Of a DNA stretch of 27,132 bases, positions 1 through 8,511 are shown piece by piece. Each line of letters opens with the position of its first letter. The stretch's first letter is position 1. The position numbers and the translations under genes are program-made. Source of the stretch: Candidatus Hydrogenedentota bacterium (GTDB taxonomy: Bacteria; Hydrogenedentota; Hydrogenedentia; Hydrogenedentales; GCA-2746185); the NCBI GenBank assembly GCA_046583315.1, contig JAYGCN010000225.1, positions 1 to 27,132 on the forward strand, in the 5' to 3' direction. The notes below the pieces were generated by a model. That model saw only the letters and a list, made by a program, of their open reading frames with translations, searched no databases and had not been told where the DNA came from.

Positions 1-102
1 CTCGAATCGTTTCAGGTCATCGCGTATCCGTGCGCGAAGCCCTCTATACCACCAATGACTGTCCTCAACTTTTGCCATGATGGCGTACTCATTGTCCCGC
101 AT
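1..102 (-). CDS. Class I SAM-dependent methyltransferase, N-terminal part only (runs off window edge)
   Basis: Not in the ORF track; manual translation from ATG at 102 gives MRDNEYAIMAKVEDSHWWYRGLRARIRDDLKRFE. The EY..M...E..HWW(Y/F).G N-terminus is typical of methyltransferases in glycosylation clusters. Starts 2 nt after the aminotransferase stop (105-107). Confidence 0.7.
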   Translation of the reverse strand, partial: MRDNEYAIMAKVEDSHWWYRGLRARIRDDLKRFE

Positions 103-104
103 CG

Positions 105-1204
105 TCAGCCGATCCCATTCAATACCGAGCAGATTCTACGAACCGTTTCCTCGTGAAGTCCCGGATAGAGTGGGAGGGAAAGTATGCGCTTCGCCGCCGC
201 TTCGGTCACAGGAAAATCACCAACTGAATACGGCAGGAAATCATACGCCCGTTGCAGATGGATCGGAATCGGATAATGAATCAGCGTCCTGATTCCCGCC
301 TCGTCCAGTTGCCGCTGCACCAGGTCGCGCTCCGAACACTGCGCTACATACAGATGACAAGCGGATTCGGCCCATTCAGCTGAGGAAATCGATCTAACCA
401 ACGAACTGCTCAATGAGTCATCGTAAATGGTAGCCAGTTTCTGTCGTTCCTCGATGGCTTTCCCTAAATGCCTCAGCTTTATCCGCAAAATGGCGGCCTG
501 AATTTCGTCCAGACGACTGTTCGTTCCCTCAACTTCATGGTGATAGCGTTTCGCCTCACCATAGACCCGCAGTTGACGCACCCGCACCGCCACTTCTGCG
601 TTGTTGCTAACCACAGCCCCCGCATCGCCGAAGCACCCAAATTCTTGCTGGGGTAAAAACTGAAGGCCGCAACGTCACCCAGCGTTCCACATCGTTTGCC
701 TTTGTACCGCGCACCATGCGCCTGCGCACAATCCTCAACGAGCAGCAAGTCATTCTCCTTGGCAAAAGAGAGAATCGGATCCATATCGCAGGGGTGACCA
801 TATAAATGCACAGTAATAATCGCGCGCGTACGCTTCGTCAACGCTTTCGATAGGCACTCCGGATTCATCGTTAACGTCTCCGGCATCACATCCACCAGCA
901 CCGGAGTCGCCCCGCAGGCCCAAATCGCGGTGATGGTCGGCACGCAGGTATTCGCGACCGTAATCACTTCATCACCCGGACCAATGCCAAGTCCCATCAA
1001 CGCCAGCTGCATCGCGTCCGTCCCCGATGCGACACCAATCGCATGGTCTATCCCCAACCACGCCGCCCATTCACGTTCAAAAGCCTCGCCCTCCTTGCCC
1101 AGCAAAAACCAGCCGCTCTCCAGCACGCGCGCAATGGCCGTATCGATCTCTTCCGCGATAGGGGTGTGCTGAATTTTCAAATCCAAAAAGGGCACCGAAT
1201 TCAT
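105..1204 (-). pseudogene. DegT/DnrJ/EryC1/StrS family PLP-dependent sugar aminotransferase, split by a 1-bp frameshift at ~631 (real lesion or sequencing error)
   Basis: ORF 479..1204 carries VPFLDL, VASGTDA, VHLYG, EDCAQAHG, SFYPSKNLGA. ORF 105..614 carries GTNSRLDEIQAAIL, HYPIPIH, LSLPLYP. Adding one T (gct-tc-ggc to gct-ttc-ggc) restores KNLGAFGDAGAVVSN and a 366-aa protein. Confidence 0.9.
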
Positions 1205-1959
1205 GGTTTTTCACCAATGCCCAATCGGTAATGAAGAAAGTCCGCTATCCAGAGGCCGCGCAATTGCCACACAACCCGCGCGATACGAGGGAAGTTGAAA
1301 AATTGGGACTTTCCGTGTGCGCGTTCATGGTGATGCACCGGCACCTCAGCGAATCGACACCCCTCACGATACGCCTTGGTCATCATTTCCGCGCAAATAA
1401 CCCCACTATCGCTTTTGAGGTGAACCTTGTCGAACACGCTGCGCCGGATCAGACGAAAATCGCAATCCGTATCCCGAATCTTCAACCCAAATGCCACCTT
1501 AACTATCCAATGGTAGATTCGGCCAATGATGATACGGTGCATCGGATCGTTGCGCGTAATTTTGTATCCCTGCACAATGTCCACGTCGTCCCGTGCATGT
1601 TCCAGCAGAAGTTCCAACTCACGCACGTCGTATTGCGCGTCTCCATCCGTATAAAAAATCCACTCCTTCGTACCCGCCGCGAAACCCGTGCGTAACGCGC
1701 CGCCATAACCCCTGTTCTTTTCATGTCGAATGATACTTACTTTGGGGTAGCGATCCGGCAGCGTATCGAGCAGCTCCAGGGTATGATCATCGCTGCCATC
1801 ATCGACAAGCGTTACCTCGTAATCCAGACCAAGTCGGTCCGCCGTGTCCACCGTGAAGTGAATCATGCTGCCCATCGTGCCCCAGTCGTTGTAACACGGG
1901 TAGAAAATCGACACGCCCATGCCTTCATAACGCCTGTCCTGTGTTTCACTCTCACTCAA
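1201..1959 (-). CDS. Glycosyltransferase family 2, polyprenol-phosphate glycosyltransferase (DPM1/ArnC-like)
   Basis: SIFYPCYND, LVDDGSDD, NRGYGGALRTGF, YTDGDAQYD, DTDCDFRLIRR, EVPVHH motifs. ATGA overlap with the aminotransferase. Start placed at TTG 1959 after AAAGG; alternatives are ATG 1920 or 2025. Confidence 0.88.
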   Translation of the reverse strand: MSESETQDRRYEGMGVSIFYPCYNDWGTMGSMIHFTVDTADRLGLDYEVTLVDDGSDDHTLELLDTLPDRYPKVSIIRHEKNRGYGGALRTGFAAGTKEWIFYTDGDAQYDVRELELLLEHARDDVDIVQGYKITRNDPMHRIIIGRIYHWIVKVAFGLKIRDTDCDFRLIRRSVFDKVHLKSDSGVICAEMMTKAYREGCRFAEVPVHHHERAHGKSQFFNFPRIARVVWQLRGLWIADFLHYRLGIGEKP

Positions 1960-1966
1960 CAGGAAT

Positions 1967-3670
1967 TTACCTTTCTGTATCGTCCTTCTCCACCACCGCA
2001 TACCGTCCGAATCGGAGCGCGTCATCCATCATCTCAACGGTCTTCGCATTCAGATATTGGTCGTAAATGATCACATCGTATTCCGCATCCGAATCCGTCT
2101 GCACGTCCACCATATCAAGGTTGCGCCCCGTCATAAAGTCCATTGATAATATAGCAGGATAATACGCCGTCCCGATACGCGTCTCAGCCGGAAGACTTTC
2201 AACATAGGCCGCAAGTGCGCGTTCATCGCCCGCCTGATCCTGCACATAGATGAGGTCACCCAATTTCAGCAACCGGGCACCCGCCGGATAGAGCATACAA
2301 AGGGCCACAACCGCCAATGCAACACGTAAACGTGGGGGAGAATTAGATTTTCTCAGGCGGGATACCACCTCAATCAGTGCCGGCCCCATGAACATGCCGG
2401 CAATCGCGCATGTATACCATAGGTAACGTGACAGCGTAGCGGGCGTGTAAAACAACCACCAAAAAAGATAGAGCACCGCTGTCATGAGTAGCACCCACAC
2501 GGCAGGACTGGGGGACTGCACGATTCCCCTGCGCAACAACCAGCCCACACTGAAGAGCATACCTACGCTATACACGGGCTGCTCAGAAAACCACGAGAGT
2601 CCATGTCCTGCCGCTCCAAATCCAAACATCAAATAATGTCGGTAATACACAATCATCGAGACATCACCCGTCTTGAGATAGGAATAGTAAGTCGTAATAC
2701 CCGTCCAAAATCCTAAAACGATGATCGCGCCCACGCCGGGTAAAAGAACCATCTTTAGTGGAATGTTCTTGTGTATCATTCTATCCAGCCCCCACACCGC
2801 GAGAATTGGAAACGCGCTCAGCAGCATAAACGATTTCGCGAGCACCGCACAGCCCCAAAGAAAACCGGTCGCGAATCCCCAGATGGTCGTCCGGTTCCCT
2901 TCAAGCGTGCGATCCCAGCAGACCATACTCCATACGAAAAACATCAGCGCAGGCACTTCGCCGTACAACGAGCGTCCAAGATATACCGTGCCGGAGGACA
3001 GGGTGAGCATTACAACAGACACACACGCCGCAGTTGCCCCCCAGTGACGACGCACAAAGGCGAAAACTCCCAGTGCCATCAATACGAACGATGTCGCAAT
3101 AACAAAACGTGCCGTCGAGATACTCACCGAAACCGCCTTAAAGGCCATAGCAATCGGCGCAAGCACCGTCACCCCCACAGAATCGTAATGGTCGAAATAA
3201 TTGAACCCGACAACAGGGTTGCCCGAAGCGTAGGCATGATGCACGCCAAGATTTCGTGCCACGACCAGATGATACAGCTCGTCCGGCGCGGTCCACGGAT
3301 ATTTATGGAGCAGGGGGTACGCACTAAGAAAAACCAACAAGAATACGCCGATGGTCAGAATTCTCGGTGCAGGTCGGGAGGAGTCATGGGTGCCCTTAAA
3401 AGCCACCGATGCGCGTCTGGGTGACTTCACAACCCATAGCACCGTAACGCCGACGATCATCGCGAAAAAAAACGTTTTCAAAACCAGTCGCGCTAACAAC
3501 CCATCTTCCGAGAATCCATTCGCGCCGAGTCTTACGATAAGTACGAGCGACCCCACTGCGGCGAAACCGACACAGGTCAATACTGCGAGTTGAAAGGCAT
3601 AACGAAGCACATCCCCGCGCAAACCAGGTTCGTTCTTCGACTCCACCAATGCGTCCCCCGAATCCGACAC
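1967..3670 (-). CDS. ArnT/PMT-like (GT-C fold, GT39/GT83-type) integral membrane glycosyltransferase
   Basis: Many hydrophobic helices, acidic PDE motif in the first large loop (WTAPDELYH), YGEVP, AVLAK and RY motifs. Start GTG at 3670 follows AGGAGG; the ORF-track extension to 3781 runs through the promoter region. Confidence 0.8.
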   Translation of the reverse strand: MSDSGDALVESKNEPGLRGDVLRYAFQLAVLTCVGFAAVGSLVLIVRLGANGFSEDGLLARLVLKTFFFAMIVGVTVLWVVKSPRRASVAFKGTHDSSRPAPRILTIGVFLLVFLSAYPLLHKYPWTAPDELYHLVVARNLGVHHAYASGNPVVGFNYFDHYDSVGVTVLAPIAMAFKAVSVSISTARFVIATSFVLMALGVFAFVRRHWGATAACVSVVMLTLSSGTVYLGRSLYGEVPALMFFVWSMVCWDRTLEGNRTTIWGFATGFLWGCAVLAKSFMLLSAFPILAVWGLDRMIHKNIPLKMVLLPGVGAIIVLGFWTGITTYYSYLKTGDVSMIVYYRHYLMFGFGAAGHGLSWFSEQPVYSVGMLFSVGWLLRRGIVQSPSPAVWVLLMTAVLYLFWWLFYTPATLSRYLWYTCAIAGMFMGPALIEVVSRLRKSNSPPRLRVALAVVALCMLYPAGARLLKLGDLIYVQDQAGDERALAAYVESLPAETRIGTAYYPAILSMDFMTGRNLDMVDVQTDSDAEYDVIIYDQYLNAKTVEMMDDALRFGRYAVVEKDDTER

Positions 3671-3698
3671 CGAATCCCCTCCTGCGACCGAAAAAGCC

Positions 3699-3759
3699 AG
3701 TATAGTCACACACCCCGCCCCCGCAACTTTGATACCCGCCCGTCCCCGTGTGCTATAGT
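3699..3759. promoter_or_regulatory. Back-to-back divergent sigma70-type promoters (putative)
   Basis: Plus strand: TTGATA (3729-3734) and extended -10 TGcTATAGT (3751-3759) ahead of the HAD gene. Minus strand: TTGCGG (3726-3721), 16 bp, TATACT (3704-3699) ahead of the ArnT-like gene. Confidence 0.5.
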
Positions 3760-3781
3760 GCGCATCAACAAGGAGCGGCAC

Positions 3782-4726
3782 ATGCCCGAAGAGGGATTTT
3801 TTCTACAAAACGTCATCGCCATCATATGGGACTTCGACAAAACCCTGTCCCCTATCTTCATGCAGAAGCCCCTCTTCGATGCCTATGACGTAGATACCGA
3901 TGAATTCTGGAAAGAAGTCAACGCCTTACCCGATTACTACGGCAAAGTCGGCATCACCATTCACGAAGACACCTGTTATCTCGGCCACCTTCTTTCCTAC
4001 GTCAAACACGGCCCCATGAAAGGCCTCACCAACGAGCGCCTCACCGAATTGGGCAAGAATATTCCGCTCTTTCCAGGCTTGCCGGAATTTTTCGGTCAAC
4101 TAAAAGCGACCGTCGCGGCACCGCAATATCAAGAGGGCGAGATCACGCTCGAACATTACGTCGTCAGTACCGGCCTCGATGCCATGATCCGAGGCACCGA
4201 CATCGCCCCGGAAGTCGACGACATCTGGGCATCGGTTTTCATCGAAGAGCCCGCAATACCCGGTCAGGATTTTTCACAATCCCCGAAGCGGAGTGAAATC
4301 AGCCAGATAGCCGGTTTTCTGGACAATACAACCAAAACCCGCGCCATTTTCGAAATTAACAAAGGCGTCAATAAGACAGATAAGTTCTCAGTCAATGACA
4401 CCATTGAGCACGACAAACGCCGGGTTCCTTTCGAGAACATGATCTACATCGCAGATGGCCCGAGCGACATTCCGTCGTTTTCAATCGTCACGCAAAACGG
4501 CGGCAAGGCCTACGCCGTCTACGACCCTGACGCGCCCGACGATTACGCCCAGGCCGCCGGACTTAACGACCAGCACAGGGTCGATCACTTTGGCCCAGCC
4601 GATTACCGCCCCAACACCGGAACCTCCCTTTGGCTGGAGCATACGGTTAAACAGATGGCCGATCGAATCATGGAGAAACGCAACCAACGCATCGACAGTT
4701 CCGTCGCCTCCGCACCTTCCCACTGA
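3782..4726 (+). CDS. Haloacid dehalogenase (HAD)-like hydrolase
   Basis: Motif I IIWDFDKT, motif II YVVSTG, Lys in TTKT, motif IV YIADGPSD. ATG 3782 is preceded by AAGGAG. 314 aa. Confidence 0.88.
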   Translation: MPEEGFFLQNVIAIIWDFDKTLSPIFMQKPLFDAYDVDTDEFWKEVNALPDYYGKVGITIHEDTCYLGHLLSYVKHGPMKGLTNERLTELGKNIPLFPGLPEFFGQLKATVAAPQYQEGEITLEHYVVSTGLDAMIRGTDIAPEVDDIWASVFIEEPAIPGQDFSQSPKRSEISQIAGFLDNTTKTRAIFEINKGVNKTDKFSVNDTIEHDKRRVPFENMIYIADGPSDIPSFSIVTQNGGKAYAVYDPDAPDDYAQAAGLNDQHRVDHFGPADYRPNTGTSLWLEHTVKQMADRIMEKRNQRIDSSVASAPSH

Positions 4727-4748
4727 CTTGGTTCACCTCCAACACCGT

Positions 4749-4757
4749 TGCTATACT
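4749..4757 (+). promoter_or_regulatory. Extended -10 element for a probable leaderless transcript
   Basis: TGcTATACT ends 6 nt before ATG 4764, and no Shine-Dalgarno is present. Confidence 0.45.
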
Positions 4758-4763
4758 CCAAGC

Positions 4764-6092
4764 ATGACCTCAAGCCCGCTTGTGCATGTACTCATAATCA
4801 ATTGGAACGGCCTGGAACACCTGCCGGCCTGTTTCGATTCACTCGTAGAATCCGCTTATGCCAACGCCAAGTTTATCCTGCTGGACAACGACAGTGATGA
4901 CGGTTCCGTAGAGTTTGTGAAAGAGACCTATCCGGACGAGTCCCGTGTCGAAATACTCAAACTCGACTCCAATTTGGGTTGGTCCGGTGCCAACAACGTA
5001 GGCATGCAAGCGGCACTGGATGCCAACGCCGACTACGTTTTACTGCTCAACAACGATACCCGTGTCGAGCCAGATTTTCTCGAACACCTCGTCGAAATGG
5101 CGGAGTCTGATAAAAATATCGCTGCATTATCGCCGCGCATCCTGATGTACGACGAACCCCAGATCATCAATTCCCTGGGACTCGAAGCCTCCGTGATCGG
5201 GGCTGGTTGGGATACCGCCATCGGTCGCGTGGACAACCCCTGTTGGGATACGCAAAAACCCATCCTCGGCGTATGCGGCGCGGCGATGTTCCTGCGCGTA
5301 AAAGCCCTCCGAAAAACAGGCCTGCTCCCCGAAAATTTCGGCATCTACCTCGACGATCTCGACCTTTGTTTGCGCATCTGGAAGGCCGGATACAACATTC
5401 ATCTATGCTACGCCTCCGTCGTGTTTCATAAATTCAGCGCAACGATGGGAGGCGCAAAACAATCCCATAAGAAATATTACCTCAACACCCGAAACCGTAC
5501 ACGCATCGCGATTCGGCATTTTCCGATCTCACGATGGCCCTACATAGACTTGAAATTCTTCATCGGCGAATGCAAAGCCCTGGGTCGCGGTGCGCTGAAC
5601 GGGGATTACTGGAAATTTCCCGTCCACCTGCGTACCTGGCTGGATGCCCTGCTTTATCTGCCCATCGGACTGAAGTTTCGCATTACCCAAAAACGTTCCC
5701 GAAAGGGCGAAAACGATATCTGGTCAATGATCACCAAGGACAAACTATTTTTTCCCGGCGTACAATTTCCGAAAAACGGTTTCTATCCCGAAACGACTCT
5801 TGATGATGAAAACTGGAGGCCCATGGCCCGATGCGCGTCGTTCCAGCATGAAGGTGGGGGACTATCCCTCCGACTCCATCCATCTTCACCCGGCCCGATC
5901 ACGCTGACTGATACCGATGGCGCGACCTACACTATTTCTCCCGAAGATTCCGCTGCGAAACACTTCGATTTTGTAAGGGGCGAAATTTCCATTGAAACCC
6001 ACGCCCTCACCAAGGTCGAGACTCAACATCGCGTCCGTGACATCGGTGCGTGGCTCGCAATCAATACAAAGAAGGATGCCGATGAAGAGTAA
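4764..6092 (+). CDS. Glycosyltransferase family 2 (WbbL/rhamnosyltransferase-like) with C-terminal extension
   Basis: VLIINWNG, LLDNDSDDGS, NLGWSGANNVG, LLLNND, CGAAMFLR, YLDDLDLCLR, VVFH motifs. The GT2 domain begins right after ATG 4764, so the ORF-track start at 4455 is an overextension. Confidence 0.88.
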   Translation: MTSSPLVHVLIINWNGLEHLPACFDSLVESAYANAKFILLDNDSDDGSVEFVKETYPDESRVEILKLDSNLGWSGANNVGMQAALDANADYVLLLNNDTRVEPDFLEHLVEMAESDKNIAALSPRILMYDEPQIINSLGLEASVIGAGWDTAIGRVDNPCWDTQKPILGVCGAAMFLRVKALRKTGLLPENFGIYLDDLDLCLRIWKAGYNIHLCYASVVFHKFSATMGGAKQSHKKYYLNTRNRTRIAIRHFPISRWPYIDLKFFIGECKALGRGALNGDYWKFPVHLRTWLDALLYLPIGLKFRITQKRSRKGENDIWSMITKDKLFFPGVQFPKNGFYPETTLDDENWRPMARCASFQHEGGGLSLRLHPSSPGPITLTDTDGATYTISPEDSAAKHFDFVRGEISIETHALTKVETQHRVRDIGAWLAINTKKDADEE

Positions 6093-8217
6093 TCGAAATA
6101 TTTTGTTTGGGTATATGCTCCTGGCCGTGCTCGCCGTCACGATTGGCGGCTTCCTCGGCTCCTACAGCGTTCCGGAACTCGAATCATTACAGCTCCTCCC
6201 CTCAACAACAGAGCGACTCGAACAAACCGCGATAAAACGGATCAATCACAATTCCCGGTTCTATTTTTCGATCGCGCCAGGGTCATATCTCCCCGCCATC
6301 CAAGAGGAGATGCGCTACGCACGAACGGCTGGCCTCACCGACTTTATCGTTCAAACCCCCTTGCCCAGATCCGATGAGGAGCGCAAAGAACTGGGGGTGA
6401 CTCTTGAGCAACTCTTCGCAGGTAACGAATCGGACACCTATTGGCTTGCTGTCGATTGCAACCCACCGATGTCCTGGTTACGCGATCATCCTGATGAGGC
6501 CGTCCTGGACGATTCCGGCGAAGCCGTCCGGCCCAGCATCACATCGCGTCTCTGGATCGATAATACCCGTTCCAATCTGAACACACTGCTCGCCGCACTC
6601 GAATCACGACGAACAAGCGGGGTATTCACCGGCATCCTCTTTGAAGCACTGACCGACGGCCTTTGGAAACAAGGTGAGTTTCGCGATACGACTCCGGAAT
6701 TCACCGCGCATTTTCGACGATGGCTCCAGACTAAATACATCAACATCAACTTGTTGCACGCGGTGTGGAGTGACGATACCCTATCCGACTGGAATGACAT
6801 AACCGTCCCGGCCGACCCGTTAGAACCGACCAACAACGAGGTCTTCTTCGATACCGAGACGCAACAACGACAAATCGACTATGCACAATTCATCAGCGAA
6901 GAAACGGCCGGAGTGATCTCGAGCATAGCGTTCACAATTCGAACAGAAACCTCCGACACGTTTTCGATCTACGCCTCCACGGCCAATGTCCTTTCCGGTG
7001 ATGCCGCCGACGCAGGAACCTGGCACATCGGCGCGCTCCGGGAAAGCGCGCTCACGGGAATCGCAAGCAGGAGCCCGTCAGCAACATTTCGAGGGCGTTT
7101 GGCGACCCCGGTACTCCCGGGTTTCAGTTATATTTACCTGGATGCGAGCTTTACAGGAATTCAATACGACCCTGCATCGGAAGAAATCGTGGTTCCACCA
7201 AATTATGACGCGAGCATACTGCAGCAAAGTTTGACCCGCAACGCCGCACTCACCGCGACCCATGAGACGACGTGGGCCATAAGCGATACACAAGGGACCG
7301 GAACCTTTGCCCATGCACCCTTATGGAAGGATATTCGCGAGTTACTTGAACTCCGCGCAACCGTGCAAGATGATTCTGAATCCTCGCCCCAGACACCCTT
7401 GACGCTCGTCCTGGATAACACGAGTGTCTTTGCCGTACACGATGCCACGTTCGTGCAACAAATTTTCCTGACCGCACTCGGAACCGCGGCGCGATCCGGA
7501 TTTCCGATCGAATGGAGAACCGTAAAAGAAATTCTCGCATTTGAATCCGACACGCCACCGCTCTACATTTTTCTCAACCTCTTTTCCATGAATCCTGAGG
7601 GACGCGACTCGCTGCATGCTGCGTTGGCCCGTCAAAACGCCACGGCGATCTGGCTCTATGCGCCCGGCTTCATCGATACGCTTCCCTCAATCGAAAACAT
7701 ATCGCTCCTCACAGGAATTGAAACACTCCAACGAGAACCCGACTCCAAACTCGGCTCATTGTTCGCGTTCTCGGGAAACTGGATTCGAGAGAACCAACCG
7801 TTCAGCGAGTCCCGCATCATAAATCCCTCGTTTCATACCAACGACGAAACCGCCGATCCCCTGGCACGCTACCAGGACACACTGGAAGTCAGTGCCGCGA
7901 TGAAGTTTCATGAAACGGGATGGACATCAATTGTGCTCTACGATCCCTTCCCGACACCCGGCTTCATTCGCGACCTGCTTTCGATTCTCGCCACGCCCAC
8001 CGACGTTGCTATCTATCCCCAGCAAGGTAATCCCTTGATATCTCGATTCGGCAATACACTCGTCATGCACTCCGACAAAGCCGCTAAGACACGCCTCGAA
8101 TTTTCGAGCCCCCGAAGCGCACGTAATCTGCTGGATTCAACCGAGGGCTGGACCAATCGGGCCGATATCAGTGTTTCGTTGCAACCAGGCGAGACCAAAG
8201 TGCTGCGTCTGGACTGA
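6082..8217 (+). CDS. Membrane-anchored GH42/beta-galactosidase-like protein, catalytic residues apparently degenerate
   Basis: N-terminal hydrophobic anchor; PPMSWLRDHPDE, PSITS..W and FRRWLQTKY.....LHAVW resemble the GH42-type TIM barrel; LYIFLN...AIWLYAPG resembles the trimerisation-like domain. GAAGGA SD; overlaps the GT2 stop. Confidence 0.65.
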   Translation: MKSNRNILFGYMLLAVLAVTIGGFLGSYSVPELESLQLLPSTTERLEQTAIKRINHNSRFYFSIAPGSYLPAIQEEMRYARTAGLTDFIVQTPLPRSDEERKELGVTLEQLFAGNESDTYWLAVDCNPPMSWLRDHPDEAVLDDSGEAVRPSITSRLWIDNTRSNLNTLLAALESRRTSGVFTGILFEALTDGLWKQGEFRDTTPEFTAHFRRWLQTKYININLLHAVWSDDTLSDWNDITVPADPLEPTNNEVFFDTETQQRQIDYAQFISEETAGVISSIAFTIRTETSDTFSIYASTANVLSGDAADAGTWHIGALRESALTGIASRSPSATFRGRLATPVLPGFSYIYLDASFTGIQYDPASEEIVVPPNYDASILQQSLTRNAALTATHETTWAISDTQGTGTFAHAPLWKDIRELLELRATVQDDSESSPQTPLTLVLDNTSVFAVHDATFVQQIFLTALGTAARSGFPIEWRTVKEILAFESDTPPLYIFLNLFSMNPEGRDSLHAALARQNATAIWLYAPGFIDTLPSIENISLLTGIETLQREPDSKLGSLFAFSGNWIRENQPFSESRIINPSFHTNDETADPLARYQDTLEVSAAMKFHETGWTSIVLYDPFPTPGFIRDLLSILATPTDVAIYPQQGNPLISRFGNTLVMHSDKAAKTRLEFSSPRSARNLLDSTEGWTNRADISVSLQPGETKVLRLD

Positions 8218-8221
8218 GTCC

Positions 8222-8250
8222 TTGATTCCTTGGCTCCCGCCACCTATAAT
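8222..8250 (+). promoter_or_regulatory. Sigma70 promoter for the riboswitch operon
   Basis: TTGATT (8222-8227), 17 bp spacer, TATAAT (8245-8250), directly upstream of the riboswitch. Confidence 0.75.
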
Positions 8251-8297
8251 GCATAAACATTTATTCGAAGAAAGGAGGACTCGAGCTAGAAAACATA

Positions 8298-8494
8298 CTG
8301 CGGTATTGGGAAGAACGGTGAAAATCCGTCGCAGTCGCGCTGCTGTAACCGGTTACGAAATCCACATCGAGGCCACTGTCCAAAAAGGATGGGAAGGCGT
8401 GGAAAGTAGGACGACCCGGAAGCCAGAAGACCAATTCGCACAAAGAATCACTTGACTGGCCTTCGGGCACCAACCTGACAGACGCGAAATCTGT
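8298..8494 (+). ncRNA. Cobalamin (vitamin B12) riboswitch, aptamer ~8298-8440 plus kissing-loop hairpin 8478-8494
   Basis: Conserved elements in the expected order: GGGAA-n-CGGTGAAAATCCG, GCAG-TCGCG-CTGC-TGTAA, GCCACTG, GGGAAGG and the B12 box AGCCAGAAGACC. Closing helix TGCGGTATTGG/CCAATTCGCA. The loop of downstream hairpin ACAGA-CGCGAAA-TCTGT is complementary to L5 TCGCG. Confidence 0.93.
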
Positions 8495-8511
8495 ACAAAG
8501 GATCTATCACC

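Noticed and set aside
625..640. Programmed ribosomal frameshift in the aminotransferase
   Set aside because: No slippery heptamer or stimulatory structure is evident, and I know of no recoding in this family; a simple indel explains it.
3782..4726. HAD gene as part of an anti-phage defence system
   Set aside because: No nuclease, defence ATPase or other defence-like neighbour; the context is glycosylation genes.
4455..4763. N-terminal extension of the GT2 ORF; similar extensions at 3590, 3781, 5992, 14753, 21551 and 25482
   Set aside because: They overlap neighbouring genes or promoters; better starts with SD, ATGA coupling or domain boundaries lie downstream.
8171..8473. Small ORFs (94 aa plus strand, 70 aa minus strand) in the 8217-8512 gap as possible leader peptides
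   Set aside because: The region is fully explained by the promoter and cobalamin riboswitch; the translations have no protein-like features.
8458..8494. Hairpins after the aptamer considered as an intrinsic terminator
   Set aside because: Short stems and no U-tract; the second hairpin fits the kissing-loop P13 better.
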